Below, in pieces: positions 54,364-64,000 of a DNA stretch of 64,000 bases. The notes under the pieces are model-generated. The model made no database searches and was not told where the DNA came from. It was given only the letters and a program-made list of their open reading frames with translations. Made by a program: the position numbers and the translations under genes. The first letter of the stretch is position 1. The number at the start of each line of letters is the position of its first letter. The DNA comes from Candidatus Planktophila sp. (GTDB lineage Bacteria; Actinomycetota; Actinomycetes; Nanopelagicales; Nanopelagicaceae): assembly GCA_044354225.1 (NCBI GenBank), contig JBILAM010000001.1:579-64578 (forward strand), read 5' to 3'.

Positions 54364-57164
54364 ATAGAAACCGTAGCCCGCTCGTCATTACTGCCGGAAT
54401 ATTGGTTGCACTAGCAGCTGCAACTCTTTACTTCAGCAACTTCTATATCGATTGGCTCTGGTTTCAGTCTGTAGATTTCACATCAGTATGGACAACAGTT
54501 CTTGCCACCAAGATTCAACTCTTTTTAGTTATTGGATTGATTACTTCATTTGTAATCTCACTCAATATCTTCATCGCATATAGAACTCGTCCGCTCTATG
54601 TCCCAGCAAGCATTGAAGTTAACGCACTCGAGCGTTTACGCGCACAAATTGAGCCAATTCGACTCTTAGTCTTTGTCGGAGTGTGTTTAGTCCTTACCTA
54701 CTTTGCAGGATCTTCGGGAATGGCGTTCTGGCGCGAATGGTTACTCTTTAGAAACTCAACTGATTTTGGCGTTAAGGATCCTCAGTTCAACCTTGATATC
54801 TCCTTCTTTGCTTTTAAACTCCCAATTTTCCAGGCGCTGATTGGTTGGGGAATCTCAACTCTCATCTTGGCAGCGCTAGCAAGTGCCTTCGTTCATTACA
54901 TGTATGGCGGAATTCGCACAGCTGTGCAAACTGACCGCACAACAGTTGCAGCCAGAGTTCAGATTTCGATCTTGCTCGGACTCATTGTGCTACTCAAAGC
55001 TGTTGCTTACTGGTTTGATCGCTTTGCGCTGGCGCTTAAAGAGAGCACCCTCATCACCGGACTTAAGTTCGCAGATGTAAATGCTTTGCTACCTGCGAAA
55101 GCAATCCTGTCTGCTATCGCTGTGGTCTGCTCACTGCTCTTCTTTGCAAATATTGTGCGTCGCTCATGGCTATTGCCAGCAGCAGGAACAGCCTTACTTG
55201 TTGTCTCTTCTGTTCTCATCGCTGGTCTGTATCCAGCGGCGATTCAGCAATTTCAGGTAAAGCCATCTGAATCATCTAAGGAAGCTCCTTATATTGAGCG
55301 CAATATCAAGGCTACCCGCGCTGCCTATGACCTCAATGGAGTTGAGATTCGAGATTACAACGCAACGCTATCAACCAGTGCTGGACAACTAGCAAAAGAT
55401 GCGGCGACAATTGCCAACATCCGATTAATGGATCCCAATGTAATTTCTGCAACTTTCCGCCAACTTCAGCAGATTAAGCCTTATTACACATTCCCACAGT
55501 CACTGGATATCGATCGCTACACAATCGATGGAGTTTCTCGTGATGCGGTAGTAGCTGTTCGCGAACTTAATATCGATGGTAACCCAAGTCGAAATTGGAT
55601 TAACGATCACTTGGTATACACACACGGCTTTGGTTATGTTGCAGCCTTTGCAAATACTGTAGATGCAGATGGAAAGCCAAGCTTTGCCGTGGGCGACCTG
55701 CCTCCTACTAAGGGCCTAGGCGAATTCCAACCTCGTATCTACTTTGGTGAGAATGTTCCTGACTACTCAATTATTGGTGGAAAGAAGACTGAATCTCCAG
55801 TTGAATTCGACTACCCAGATGACAGTTCTGCAAACGGTCAGAAGAATTACACATATACCGGATCTGGTGGAGTTAACGTTGGTAGCACTATTAATAAGCT
55901 GCTCTTTGCGATTAAATATCAAGAGCAGCGCATCTTGCTTTCTAACCTCATTAATGCAGATTCCAAGATTCTCTACAACCGTTCACCTCGTGAGCGCGTA
56001 GCAAAGGTTGCGCCATGGCTTACCCTCGATGGAGATCCATATCCATCGATTGTTGATGGCAAAGTCACCTGGATTATCGATGGTTACACAACAAGTGCTG
56101 GATACCCATATTCTCAAACCACATCTCTTTCCACAGCAACTGCAGATGCGCTGACTGCCAATTCGACATCTATCACCGCGCAGGCGAATAGAAATGTGAA
56201 TTACATCCGTAACTCCGTCAAAGCAACGGTTGATGCATACGATGGAAGTGTCACGCTCTATCAGTGGGATGAGAAAGACCCAGTCCTCAAGACTTGGATG
56301 AAGGCATTCCCAAATACGGTAAAGGCAAAGAGCACCATGTCTAAGGGGCTGCTGGAGCATGTGCGCTACCCAGAAGATATGTTCCGTGTTCAACGCGACA
56401 TCCTTAGTTCGTATCACGTCAATAACGCAGCTGCCTTCTACGGTGGACAAGATTTTTGGCGAGTACCGCGCGATCCTTCTACCTTCGGAGCAAACGCTGG
56501 TGCCCAACCTCCGTACTACATGACTGTGCAGATGCCAGGTTCAAAGACTCCGGCATACTCTCTAACGACTCCATTTGTGCCACGAGGTGGACGTGAAAAC
56601 CTTTCAGCTTTCGCTGCTGTGAATTCAACTGCAGGTCCTGATTATGGAAAAATCACTGTCCTTCAATTGCCACGTAGTACAGCTATCGCCGGACCATCTC
56701 AGGTTGCATCGAACTTCGAAGCAAAGCCAGAAGTTGCAAACGCGCTCTCGCTCTTGCGACAAGGTGGATCTGATGTCGTACTCGGTAACTTGCTGACACT
56801 TCCAGTTGGAAATGGTCTGCTCTACGTGCAACCTGTCTATGTGTTAGCAACGGCTAACTCAGCTGCATATCCACTGCTTCAGAAAGTATTGGTCTCATTT
56901 GGAGATGTGATTGGTTTTGATAGTTCCCTTAAGGGCGCACTGGATCAAGTATTCGGTGGCAACTCGGGAACATCTTCATCAACAGCAAATCCCACAACGA
57001 GCAACAGCTCTGCTGATCTAGCAAGTGCGCTACAAAGTGCTAAGCAAGCAATTGCAGATGGACAAGCCGCACTTGCTAAGGGCGACTTCTCTGCTTACGG
57101 TCGCGCACAAGATCGACTTAAATCAGCTATTGCTGCAGCGTTAGCTGCACAAGCGCGCAAGTAA
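54360..57164 (+). CDS. UPF0182 family membrane protein
   Basis: DWLWF, DPQFNLDISFF, HLVYTHGFG, NYIRNSVKATVDAYDG and GNLLTLP motifs. Confidence 0.94.
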   Translation: MNRNRSPLVITAGILVALAAATLYFSNFYIDWLWFQSVDFTSVWTTVLATKIQLFLVIGLITSFVISLNIFIAYRTRPLYVPASIEVNALERLRAQIEPIRLLVFVGVCLVLTYFAGSSGMAFWREWLLFRNSTDFGVKDPQFNLDISFFAFKLPIFQALIGWGISTLILAALASAFVHYMYGGIRTAVQTDRTTVAARVQISILLGLIVLLKAVAYWFDRFALALKESTLITGLKFADVNALLPAKAILSAIAVVCSLLFFANIVRRSWLLPAAGTALLVVSSVLIAGLYPAAIQQFQVKPSESSKEAPYIERNIKATRAAYDLNGVEIRDYNATLSTSAGQLAKDAATIANIRLMDPNVISATFRQLQQIKPYYTFPQSLDIDRYTIDGVSRDAVVAVRELNIDGNPSRNWINDHLVYTHGFGYVAAFANTVDADGKPSFAVGDLPPTKGLGEFQPRIYFGENVPDYSIIGGKKTESPVEFDYPDDSSANGQKNYTYTGSGGVNVGSTINKLLFAIKYQEQRILLSNLINADSKILYNRSPRERVAKVAPWLTLDGDPYPSIVDGKVTWIIDGYTTSAGYPYSQTTSLSTATADALTANSTSITAQANRNVNYIRNSVKATVDAYDGSVTLYQWDEKDPVLKTWMKAFPNTVKAKSTMSKGLLEHVRYPEDMFRVQRDILSSYHVNNAAAFYGGQDFWRVPRDPSTFGANAGAQPPYYMTVQMPGSKTPAYSLTTPFVPRGGRENLSAFAAVNSTAGPDYGKITVLQLPRSTAIAGPSQVASNFEAKPEVANALSLLRQGGSDVVLGNLLTLPVGNGLLYVQPVYVLATANSAAYPLLQKVLVSFGDVIGFDSSLKGALDQVFGGNSGTSSSTANPTTSNSSADLASALQSAKQAIADGQAALAKGDFSAYGRAQDRLKSAIAAALAAQARK

Positions 57165-57174
57165 TCAATTACAC

Positions 57175-57208
57175 CTACGCACATCACCGATTTGGTGATG
57201 TGTTGTAG
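57175..57208 (+). terminator. Hairpin between the UPF0182 gene and tRNA-fMet
   Basis: GCACATCACC-GATTT-GGTGATGTGT; weak U tract. Confidence 0.45.
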
Positions 57209-57232
57209 TTGCGCTTATGATTGCGCTTCCGA

Positions 57233-57309
<77 letters not shown>

Positions 57310-57350
57310 ATGAAGTATCGAAGTGATGAAGTATCTGAGTTTTGTGCTTG

Positions 57351-59642
57351 TTATCTAATTCTCAGTGAGTGTGTAACAACAAAGAGGCTGCTGATAGCCA
57401 TCGCAGCTGCTGCATACATAGGGGAAGCCAAACCAACTGCGGCGACAGGAATTCCAATCACGTTATAAGCAAAAGCCCAAGTGAGATTTCCTTTAATGGT
57501 GGAAAGCGTTCGCTTTGATAAATCAAGGGCGTCAATAACACCCATCAGTGCTGGTCGCATCACCGTAATATCAGCTGTAGAAATTGCCACATCAGTTCCA
57601 GTGCCCATCGCGATACTCAGATCAGCTGCCGCCAGTGCTGCGGCATCATTGACGCCATCACCAATCATCAAAACTCGGTGACCATCTCTTTGTAGCGAAG
57701 AAACTTTAGCCAACTTATCTTCGGGTAGCACCTGGGCAAGAACTCGGTCAGCTGAAATTCCCACTTGCTGGGCAACCGATGCCGCACTCACCGCGTTATC
57801 TCCGGTGAGTAACCACGTTGTAATTCCACGAGACTCGAGCGCTGCAATAGTTGCTGCTGAGTCACTCTTAATAAGATCTCCAGAGGCAAAGACAGCAAGT
57901 GCTACTCCATCCCATGCAAGTACTGAGACTGCTTGAGAATTACTTTCAGCACGCGAGATTGCCTCGGATATCTGGCGATCAAATTCAACACAACTATGTG
58001 CAATCGAAGCCGGTGAACCAATGAGTACCACTGGCGACTTTGTGCCAACATTTACCCGAGCGGCAACGCCAGCTCCAGGTGTTTGGGTAAATTCGGTAAC
58101 GGGCAACTGTGTTGCCTGATGTGCCAGAGCATGGGTAGTGATTGATTGCGCAGCGGGATGGCTACTCTGGCTTTCCAGGGTTAAGGCGGTAGAGAGAATA
58201 TTCTTTTCCGTTAATAGCGCAGCAAACTCAGCTCCTAGAACTTTCTGTGCTGATACCGGAATAACGACCTCACGAATATGCATGGAGCCATCTGTAAGAG
58301 TGCCTGTCTTATCCAGCACGGCAACATCAATTTTCTGAGAAATCTCCAGTGCTTGCGGGTTACGAATAACAATGCCTCGCAGCGCTCCGCGCCCCGAAGC
58401 CACTAAGAGCGCAACCGGGGTGGCTAATCCAAGGGCGCATGGGCAGGCGATAACAAGGACAGTGATTGCAGTTGATATTGAGAACGAGAGGGAGTCATTT
58501 GCGATGTAATACCAGTATCCAAAAGTTGCCAATGAAAGGACACCCACGACTGGGACGAAGATTGATGCAATTCTATTTGCGAGTTTTTGAATAGGTGCTT
58601 TGCTTCCTTGAGCAGTAACAACCATGGCGGTGATGCGCGCTAATTCCGTATCGCTACCAATGCGAGTCGCGCGAACAATAATTCGTCCATTCTTATTCAT
58701 TGCAGAACCGATAACGCGAGATCCTGGTGCAACTTCAACCGGGGCAGATTCCCCAGTAATAAGTGAATTATCAACCGAGCTTTGTCCTGAAATAATGATT
58801 CCATCGGTAGCGATACGTCCACCAGGCTTTACAACGAATTCATCTCCGATAACCAGATGAGAAATCGGAATGAGAACTTCCACTCCCGCGCGTAATACAG
58901 AAACCTCTTTAGCACTCAGTGCTAGAAGTGATGAGAGAGCGCTACTAGCGTTGCGCTTAGCGCGAGATTCAAGATAGCGGCCGAGAATAACGAAGAAGAG
59001 AACTCCGGCAGCAACTTCGGTGTAGATATCACCTTCGCGCGTGTAGGTTGCATAGATAGACCACGCGTAGGCGCTAATTGATCCAAGTGAAATCAAAGTA
59101 TCCATAGTGGGGTGAATGATGTTACGAAGAGCTGCTCTATGAATTGGCCAGGCAACGAAGAGTATGAGTGGGGTAGTAATGGCAAGGACTAACCAGGATG
59201 TGAAGAGATGTTCGGCATGTGGTGGTTGAGCTATTCCGTAATTTTCAAAGATTGAAATGAGCCAATCATTGATGGGTTGATGCCAACTCATCACCATTGA
59301 GATAACAACTGCCGGGACAGCAAATATTGTTGCAAAGAAGAGAGCCCGGGCGGCGCCTTTACGATGTAAGGCAGGGTCAGAGTTATCTGTGAGCAGGGTG
59401 GCCAAATAGCCAGCAGATTTTATTTGTTTAATGATTTCATCCGGTGATAAATCAGATGGTCCGAGTACATGCACGGTTTCTGAAGCAAAATTAACGGAGG
59501 CAGATACTCCTGGCAGTTCGTTAAGTTTGCTCTCAATAGTGTTCACACAGGAAGAACACGTCATCCCGCTGATAGCGAAAGTTTGGGCTACCAGGGCGCT
59601 CTTCTGGAGCGCGCTATCTTCATCTGACATTTTCTGGCTCAT
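57351..59642 (-). CDS. copA: Heavy-metal (Cu+) P1B-type ATPase
   Basis: GMTCSSC, TGES, CPCALGLATP, DKTGTLT, GDGVND, YN and MAISS motifs. Confidence 0.92.
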   Translation of the reverse strand: MSQKMSDEDSALQKSALVAQTFAISGMTCSSCVNTIESKLNELPGVSASVNFASETVHVLGPSDLSPDEIIKQIKSAGYLATLLTDNSDPALHRKGAARALFFATIFAVPAVVISMVMSWHQPINDWLISIFENYGIAQPPHAEHLFTSWLVLAITTPLILFVAWPIHRAALRNIIHPTMDTLISLGSISAYAWSIYATYTREGDIYTEVAAGVLFFVILGRYLESRAKRNASSALSSLLALSAKEVSVLRAGVEVLIPISHLVIGDEFVVKPGGRIATDGIIISGQSSVDNSLITGESAPVEVAPGSRVIGSAMNKNGRIIVRATRIGSDTELARITAMVVTAQGSKAPIQKLANRIASIFVPVVGVLSLATFGYWYYIANDSLSFSISTAITVLVIACPCALGLATPVALLVASGRGALRGIVIRNPQALEISQKIDVAVLDKTGTLTDGSMHIREVVIPVSAQKVLGAEFAALLTEKNILSTALTLESQSSHPAAQSITTHALAHQATQLPVTEFTQTPGAGVAARVNVGTKSPVVLIGSPASIAHSCVEFDRQISEAISRAESNSQAVSVLAWDGVALAVFASGDLIKSDSAATIAALESRGITTWLLTGDNAVSAASVAQQVGISADRVLAQVLPEDKLAKVSSLQRDGHRVLMIGDGVNDAAALAAADLSIAMGTGTDVAISTADITVMRPALMGVIDALDLSKRTLSTIKGNLTWAFAYNVIGIPVAAVGLASPMYAAAAMAISSLFVVTHSLRIR

Positions 59643-59654
59643 CTCGCTACTACC

Positions 59655-60461
59655 TTATGCGTTCTTCGGCCGTAGAGATTGAACTACATAGTCATGTAGA
59701 GCTGAATTTGTGGAAAGCCCATTACCACCGTGGGATCCATTCTTTCCATCGAGATTGGTAAAGTGACCACCAGCTTCCCGCACAATAATGTCAAGGGCGG
59801 CCATATCCCAAAGTGCAAGTGATGGTTCTGCGGCAATATCTACCGCACCTTCTGCCACCAACATATGTGACCAGAAATCACCATGTGCTCTGGTGCGCCA
59901 AGCACTTTGTAGTAAGTGTTGAAAATTCTCTAGCCGATTTCCCCACCCAATTAAGTCAGAGTATGAAATTGATGCATCTTCAATCTTTGCAACCTGCGAT
60001 ACCGAAATTCTCTTCGGCTTATCGCCATTAACAATCACGAAGGCTCCAGTGCCAGTGCTCGCATACCAACGTCGAAAGAGTGCCGGTGCGCTGACTACTC
60101 CAGTAGTGACTATTTCACTTCCATCACTCTGCTTCTGAACTAATGCGATCAGCGTTGCCCATGTCGGCACACCACGCATGAAATTCTTTGTGCCATCAAT
60201 TGGATCGATAACCCAATAACGATCACTTTCTAGCCCTTGGGTTCCAAACTCTTCGCCAACGATTCCATCATCTGGGCAGTGCTCATGCAGAAGTGCTCGA
60301 ATTGCAGATTCTGCAGATTTATCAGCATCAGTAACGGGAGTGTTATCTGGCTTATTAGTAATTGTTAAATCAAGTGCTTGATATCGAGCCAGCGTGATGG
60401 CATCTGCGGCATCTGCTAAACGGTGTGCAAGTGCTAAATCATCACCGTAAGGAGTGCTCAT
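59655..60461 (-). CDS. hisN: Histidinol-phosphatase (IMPase family)
   Basis: KPDNTPVTDAD, GEE, WVIDPIDGTKNF and WDMAAL motifs. Confidence 0.9.
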   Translation of the reverse strand: MSTPYGDDLALAHRLADAADAITLARYQALDLTITNKPDNTPVTDADKSAESAIRALLHEHCPDDGIVGEEFGTQGLESDRYWVIDPIDGTKNFMRGVPTWATLIALVQKQSDGSEIVTTGVVSAPALFRRWYASTGTGAFVIVNGDKPKRISVSQVAKIEDASISYSDLIGWGNRLENFQHLLQSAWRTRAHGDFWSHMLVAEGAVDIAAEPSLALWDMAALDIIVREAGGHFTNLDGKNGSHGGNGLSTNSALHDYVVQSLRPKNA

Positions 60462-60470
60462 ATGCGCAGT

Positions 60471-61481
60471 CTAACCCTCGTCCTCGGCGAGCTTGACTTC
60501 AAGCAACGAGCGAAGGCTTGTGACTCTCCTTAATCGCTCTACCTGTAAGGCAGGGTCAGATTCAATCCAAGGATTAAGCGAACAAGAAATTTCATGGTGA
60601 GAACAGTTGGGCATGCAGGTTTGCGTGACTTGATAGATATCTGGGAAGGATTCGATGATGCGATCTTTATTCAGGTGAGCTAGCCCAAAGGCGCGAATAC
60701 CTGGAGTATCAATAATCCATCCGCCATTTTCAAGAGGGAGCGCTATCGCACTTGATGAGGTGTGGCGACCGCGTCCAGTGACATCGTTAACATCACCAGT
60801 CATTCGATCTGCATCTGGAACTAAATCATTGATAAGGGTGGACTTACCAACACCAGAATGTCCAACGAGAACAGAAATCTTGTCATCGAGAATATCCAAA
60901 ATAGCTGCAATGTCTCGTGTGCGAGCATCGGTCTTCGATGAAGTTGTAATAATGTCAACGCCCAGCGCCTTGTACTCTTGAATGAATTCAGGAACAGGGG
61001 ACACATCGACTTTTGTTACGATGATGATGGGCTTAATTGATTCGTGGAAAGCGCTGACAAGGAATCTATCGATGAGTCCACGACGAGGCTCCGGATTAGC
61101 CGATGCCACAACAATTAACAATTGGTCAATATTTGCAACTATCGTGCGTTCGACACGTGCGACATCATCGACAGTTCTGCTGAGCGAATTTGTCCGCTCA
61201 TTAACAACAACTATGCGAGCAAGCGAGCCTTCGCTACCGGTGACATCGCCAACGATTTCAACTAGATCACCGACAACAACTGATTTAGGGCCAAGCTCGC
61301 GAGCTTTCATTGCTGTGATGATTACTCCTTCATCAGTCACGCATGTGGTGCGACCACGATCAACTGTGGTGACAAATGCTGTGATTGAATCTGAATGAGA
61401 AGGTCGATCTTTTGTGCGCCTGCGAGTAGTTCGAGATGGCCGAATGCGAGCATCGGATTCGTCGTATTCGCGAGGACTCAT
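60471..61481 (-). CDS. rsgA: Ribosome small subunit-dependent GTPase A
   Basis: TKVD, GHSGVGKST, GRGRHT, DTPGIR motifs and Zn-finger CxxxCxH. Confidence 0.95.
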   Translation of the reverse strand: MSPREYDESDARIRPSRTTRRRTKDRPSHSDSITAFVTTVDRGRTTCVTDEGVIITAMKARELGPKSVVVGDLVEIVGDVTGSEGSLARIVVVNERTNSLSRTVDDVARVERTIVANIDQLLIVVASANPEPRRGLIDRFLVSAFHESIKPIIIVTKVDVSPVPEFIQEYKALGVDIITTSSKTDARTRDIAAILDILDDKISVLVGHSGVGKSTLINDLVPDADRMTGDVNDVTGRGRHTSSSAIALPLENGGWIIDTPGIRAFGLAHLNKDRIIESFPDIYQVTQTCMPNCSHHEISCSLNPWIESDPALQVERLRRVTSLRSLLEVKLAEDEG

Positions 61482-62755
61482 AGCACCAAACTCTTCCAGA
61501 GCCCCGGGAAATCGGGCAGCGTCTTACGTGTTGTGGCGACATTTTCAATTAAGACATCGGGTGTAACAAGGCCAATGACAGCGCCAGCTGTTGCTAATCG
61601 ATGATCTTCATAAGTATGAAATGTTCCACCATGAAGCGGGGCTGGTGTGATGTGTAGCGCGGTCTCTTCTTCAACAACGTTTCCGCCGAGTGCGTTAATT
61701 TCTCGCGTCAGTGCTGCCAAACGATCAGTTTCATGCATACGTAGGTGGCCGATACCGCGCAAATGAGAAGGTGAATCTGCCAGGGCGGCCAGGGCGGCAA
61801 TAGATGGAGTGAGCTCACCAACATCATGGAGATCTATATCAATTCCATGAATCGAGCCACTGCCAGTCAACGTTAATCCACCAGCGTTTAATGCAGCACG
61901 TGCACCCATCTTGGTAAATATCTCGCGCAAGTAATCTCCAGGTTGTGTAGTTTTCTGGGGCCAATCTGTAATTGTGATACTGCCACCGCAGACCATGGCA
62001 ATAGATAAGAATGGCGCCGCGTTGGAAAGATCTGGTTCAATAACTAAATCTTGCCCCCTAAGAGTTCCAGCCTTCACGCTCCAGCTCTGACCCGCTTTAT
62101 CAACATCAACTTCGGCACCAAAATCGCGGAGCATCTGCACCGTCATATCAATATGTGGCATCGATGGAAGCGAACTTCCAGTGTGAGTAACTGTAATTCC
62201 ATTGGCCATACTTGGTCCTACAAGTAAGAGCGCCGATAAAAATTGGCTCGACTTACTGGCATCGATAGTTAACTTTCCACCAGGAATAACGCCAGTTCCT
62301 CTAATCACTATTGGCAGCGAGTAATGACCTTGATGATCAATTTCAATGCCAAGTTCTTCTAAAGCTTTAATGACTGGCCCGATTGGTCTTTCATACGAAC
62401 GCGGATCACCATCGAATGCGATTTCACCTTGTGCAAGTGCTGCAAGCGGTGGCAAAAACCGCATCACTGTTCCGGCATTTCCCACATCAATATGCGCAGG
62501 GCCCTTAAGCGGTGCCGGTGTAATTTTCCAGCTCTGATTATCGCCTTCATCGTGAATACCAACACCGAGTGCAACAAGACCGGCAGACATCAACTCTGAA
62601 TCGCGTGAAATCAGAGGCTTTCGAATAATTGAGGGAGAGGTTGCCTGGGCAGCAAGAATGAGCGCGCGATTAGTTACCGACTTTGATCCAGGAATGCTTA
62701 CCTTAGATGAAATCGGCTTTCGTCCGCGAAATGGTGCGGGCCAGAGTTCTTGCAT
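61478..62755 (-). CDS. aroA: 3-phosphoshikimate 1-carboxyvinyltransferase
   Basis: PGSKSVTNR, SSQFLSALL, HETDRL and DHRLA motifs. Confidence 0.97.
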   Translation of the reverse strand: MQELWPAPFRGRKPISSKVSIPGSKSVTNRALILAAQATSPSIIRKPLISRDSELMSAGLVALGVGIHDEGDNQSWKITPAPLKGPAHIDVGNAGTVMRFLPPLAALAQGEIAFDGDPRSYERPIGPVIKALEELGIEIDHQGHYSLPIVIRGTGVIPGGKLTIDASKSSQFLSALLLVGPSMANGITVTHTGSSLPSMPHIDMTVQMLRDFGAEVDVDKAGQSWSVKAGTLRGQDLVIEPDLSNAAPFLSIAMVCGGSITITDWPQKTTQPGDYLREIFTKMGARAALNAGGLTLTGSGSIHGIDIDLHDVGELTPSIAALAALADSPSHLRGIGHLRMHETDRLAALTREINALGGNVVEEETALHITPAPLHGGTFHTYEDHRLATAGAVIGLVTPDVLIENVATTRKTLPDFPGLWKSLVL

Positions 62756-62826
62756 ATGCAGAGTCTAACGCGTGCATGGGGTGCGAAGAGACGGAGAAAA
62801 CCGGTAACAAAGTTAGAATTATCAGT

Positions 62827-63549
62827 ATGTGTGGAAGATATGCGCAATCAATGGGCGCAGAAGAGTTAGTCGAGAGCTTTGACTTAGCTGGCTCCACACT
62901 CGATCAATCACTTCCGTTAAATTGGAATATTGCACCGACTAATGACATTTACATTGTTCGTAGTGAATCAGATTCACGAATTCTTGATTCTGCATCTTGG
63001 GGAATCATTGCTCCCTGGCAGAAGAATTTAGCTGATGCACGTGCTTCACAGTCACATGCAATCAATGCACGAAGTGAATCAATCCACGAGAAGCCAACAT
63101 TTAGACATGCATTTAGAACTTCACGGTGTCTTATTCCTGCAAGTGGTTACTACGAATGGGCAACCTCGCTCGGTAAATACTCACCAAAACAACCTTTCTA
63201 TATTTCTCGTGCAGATGGTGAACAACTTTCTATCGCCGGAATTTGGAGTTCTTGGCAGAGCGAGAAAGGTGTAGTAATTCAGAGTGCAGCAATTATTACC
63301 CGGGAAGCGGTGGGAGAGTTGGCAACGATTCATAGCCGGATGCCAGTGTTTATGCCGCGAGATCGCTGGCAAGGTTGGCTTGATACAGAGGCGCGGGACA
63401 TCAACCGGCTGATTAAGTTGATGGAGGTAGCGGAACCGGATGCCGGGTTGGTTGCACAACCCGTGTCGCCTCTCGTAAACCTGGTTGCTAACAACGGAGC
63501 GGAATTGATTATTCCCATCGAGCTTGGCGAGCCCGAAACCCTTTTCTAA
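62827..63549 (+). CDS. SOS response-associated peptidase (SRAP/YedK/HMCES family)
   Basis: N-terminal MCGRY fixes the start at 62827; INARSE, YYEW and IHSRMPV motifs. Confidence 0.94.
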   Translation: MCGRYAQSMGAEELVESFDLAGSTLDQSLPLNWNIAPTNDIYIVRSESDSRILDSASWGIIAPWQKNLADARASQSHAINARSESIHEKPTFRHAFRTSRCLIPASGYYEWATSLGKYSPKQPFYISRADGEQLSIAGIWSSWQSEKGVVIQSAAIITREAVGELATIHSRMPVFMPRDRWQGWLDTEARDINRLIKLMEVAEPDAGLVAQPVSPLVNLVANNGAELIIPIELGEPETLF

Positions 63550-63564
63550 TATAACCTTGCATCA

Positions 63565-64000
63565 ATGACATCGAAGGATTTAGTTCTAGAAAGCGCCGCC
63601 GATCGCACAACTCGGTTCGAGCGCGATGCTTTGGTGTTCACAAATCAACTGTATGCAGCAGCACTTCGCTACACAAAGAATCCTGAAGATGCGCGCGATT
63701 TAGTGCAAGACACATACCTCAAAGCATTCACCTCTTTTCATCAATTTGAAGAGGGCACCAATCTGCGTGCCTGGCTCTATCGAGTACTGACAACTACATT
63801 TATCAACTCATATCGCAAGGGACAACGCCAACCACTGATTGCAGATAATGAACTTGAAGACTGGCAAGTGGCTAAAGCTCAAAGCCATACGAGTGATCAA
63901 GGAAAATCTGCGGAAACTGTTGCTCTTGAATCCTTACCTGATAGCGATATCAAACGTGCGCTACAAGAGATTCCGGAAGAGTTTCGGATGGTTGTTTATT
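63565..64000 (+). CDS. ECF sigma factor, SigH/SigR-like, 3'-truncated by the window edge
   Basis: My translation: [23 protein letters not shown]...[28 protein letters not shown]...[22 protein letters not shown]; aroA-SRAP-sigH synteny. Confidence 0.9.
   Translation, partial: MTSKDLVLESAADRTTRFERDALVFTNQLYAAALRYTKNPEDARDLVQDTYLKAFTSFHQFEEGTNLRAWLYRVLTTTFINSYRKGQRQPLIADNELEDWQVAKAQSHTSDQGKSAETVALESLPDSDIKRALQEIPEEFRMVVY

Noticed and set aside
57310-57335. ATGAAGTATC repeated twice just after tRNA-fMet, a possible att scar
   Set aside because: It does not duplicate the tRNA 3' end, no integrase is nearby and the repeat is only 10 bp.

Overview
A gene-dense, ~50% GC chromosomal segment of a streamlined actinobacterium. 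Gene content and order most resemble the freshwater acI lineage (Ca. Planktophila/Nanopelagicales); this is inferred, not verified. It is mostly core genes in the usual actinobacterial order: glmU-prs-rplY-pth, ppc, mfd-mazG-eno-divIC-DUF501-ppx, tRNA-Leu, greA, PhoH2, fum, xseAB, ispH, rmuC, ychF, typA, adnAB, katG, nudC-uvrD2-whiB7, a Rv3196-Rv3193-like cluster, tRNA-fMet, copA, hisN, rsgA, aroA, SRAP and a sigH-like sigma factor. I saw no prophage, IS element, integrase or CRISPR array. The most interesting signals are: (1) an unannotated ~80-nt + strand sRNA candidate with its own promoter, upstream palindrome and U-tract (51691-51773); (2) two AT-richer secreted metallopeptidase-like paralogs that share a ~96% identical N-terminal cassette and an identical 29-bp upstream element but have unrelated-looking bodies; (3) a complete whiB7 uORF/terminator/antiterminator attenuator; (4) a structured rplY leader; (5) a desulforedoxin-like Cys-rich mini-protein plus cfa downstream of tRNA-Leu; (6) PafBC-type DNA-damage promoters; (7) a natural NPEG-to-NPQG substitution in KatG. 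All identifications are from motif recognition by eye; no database searches were run.
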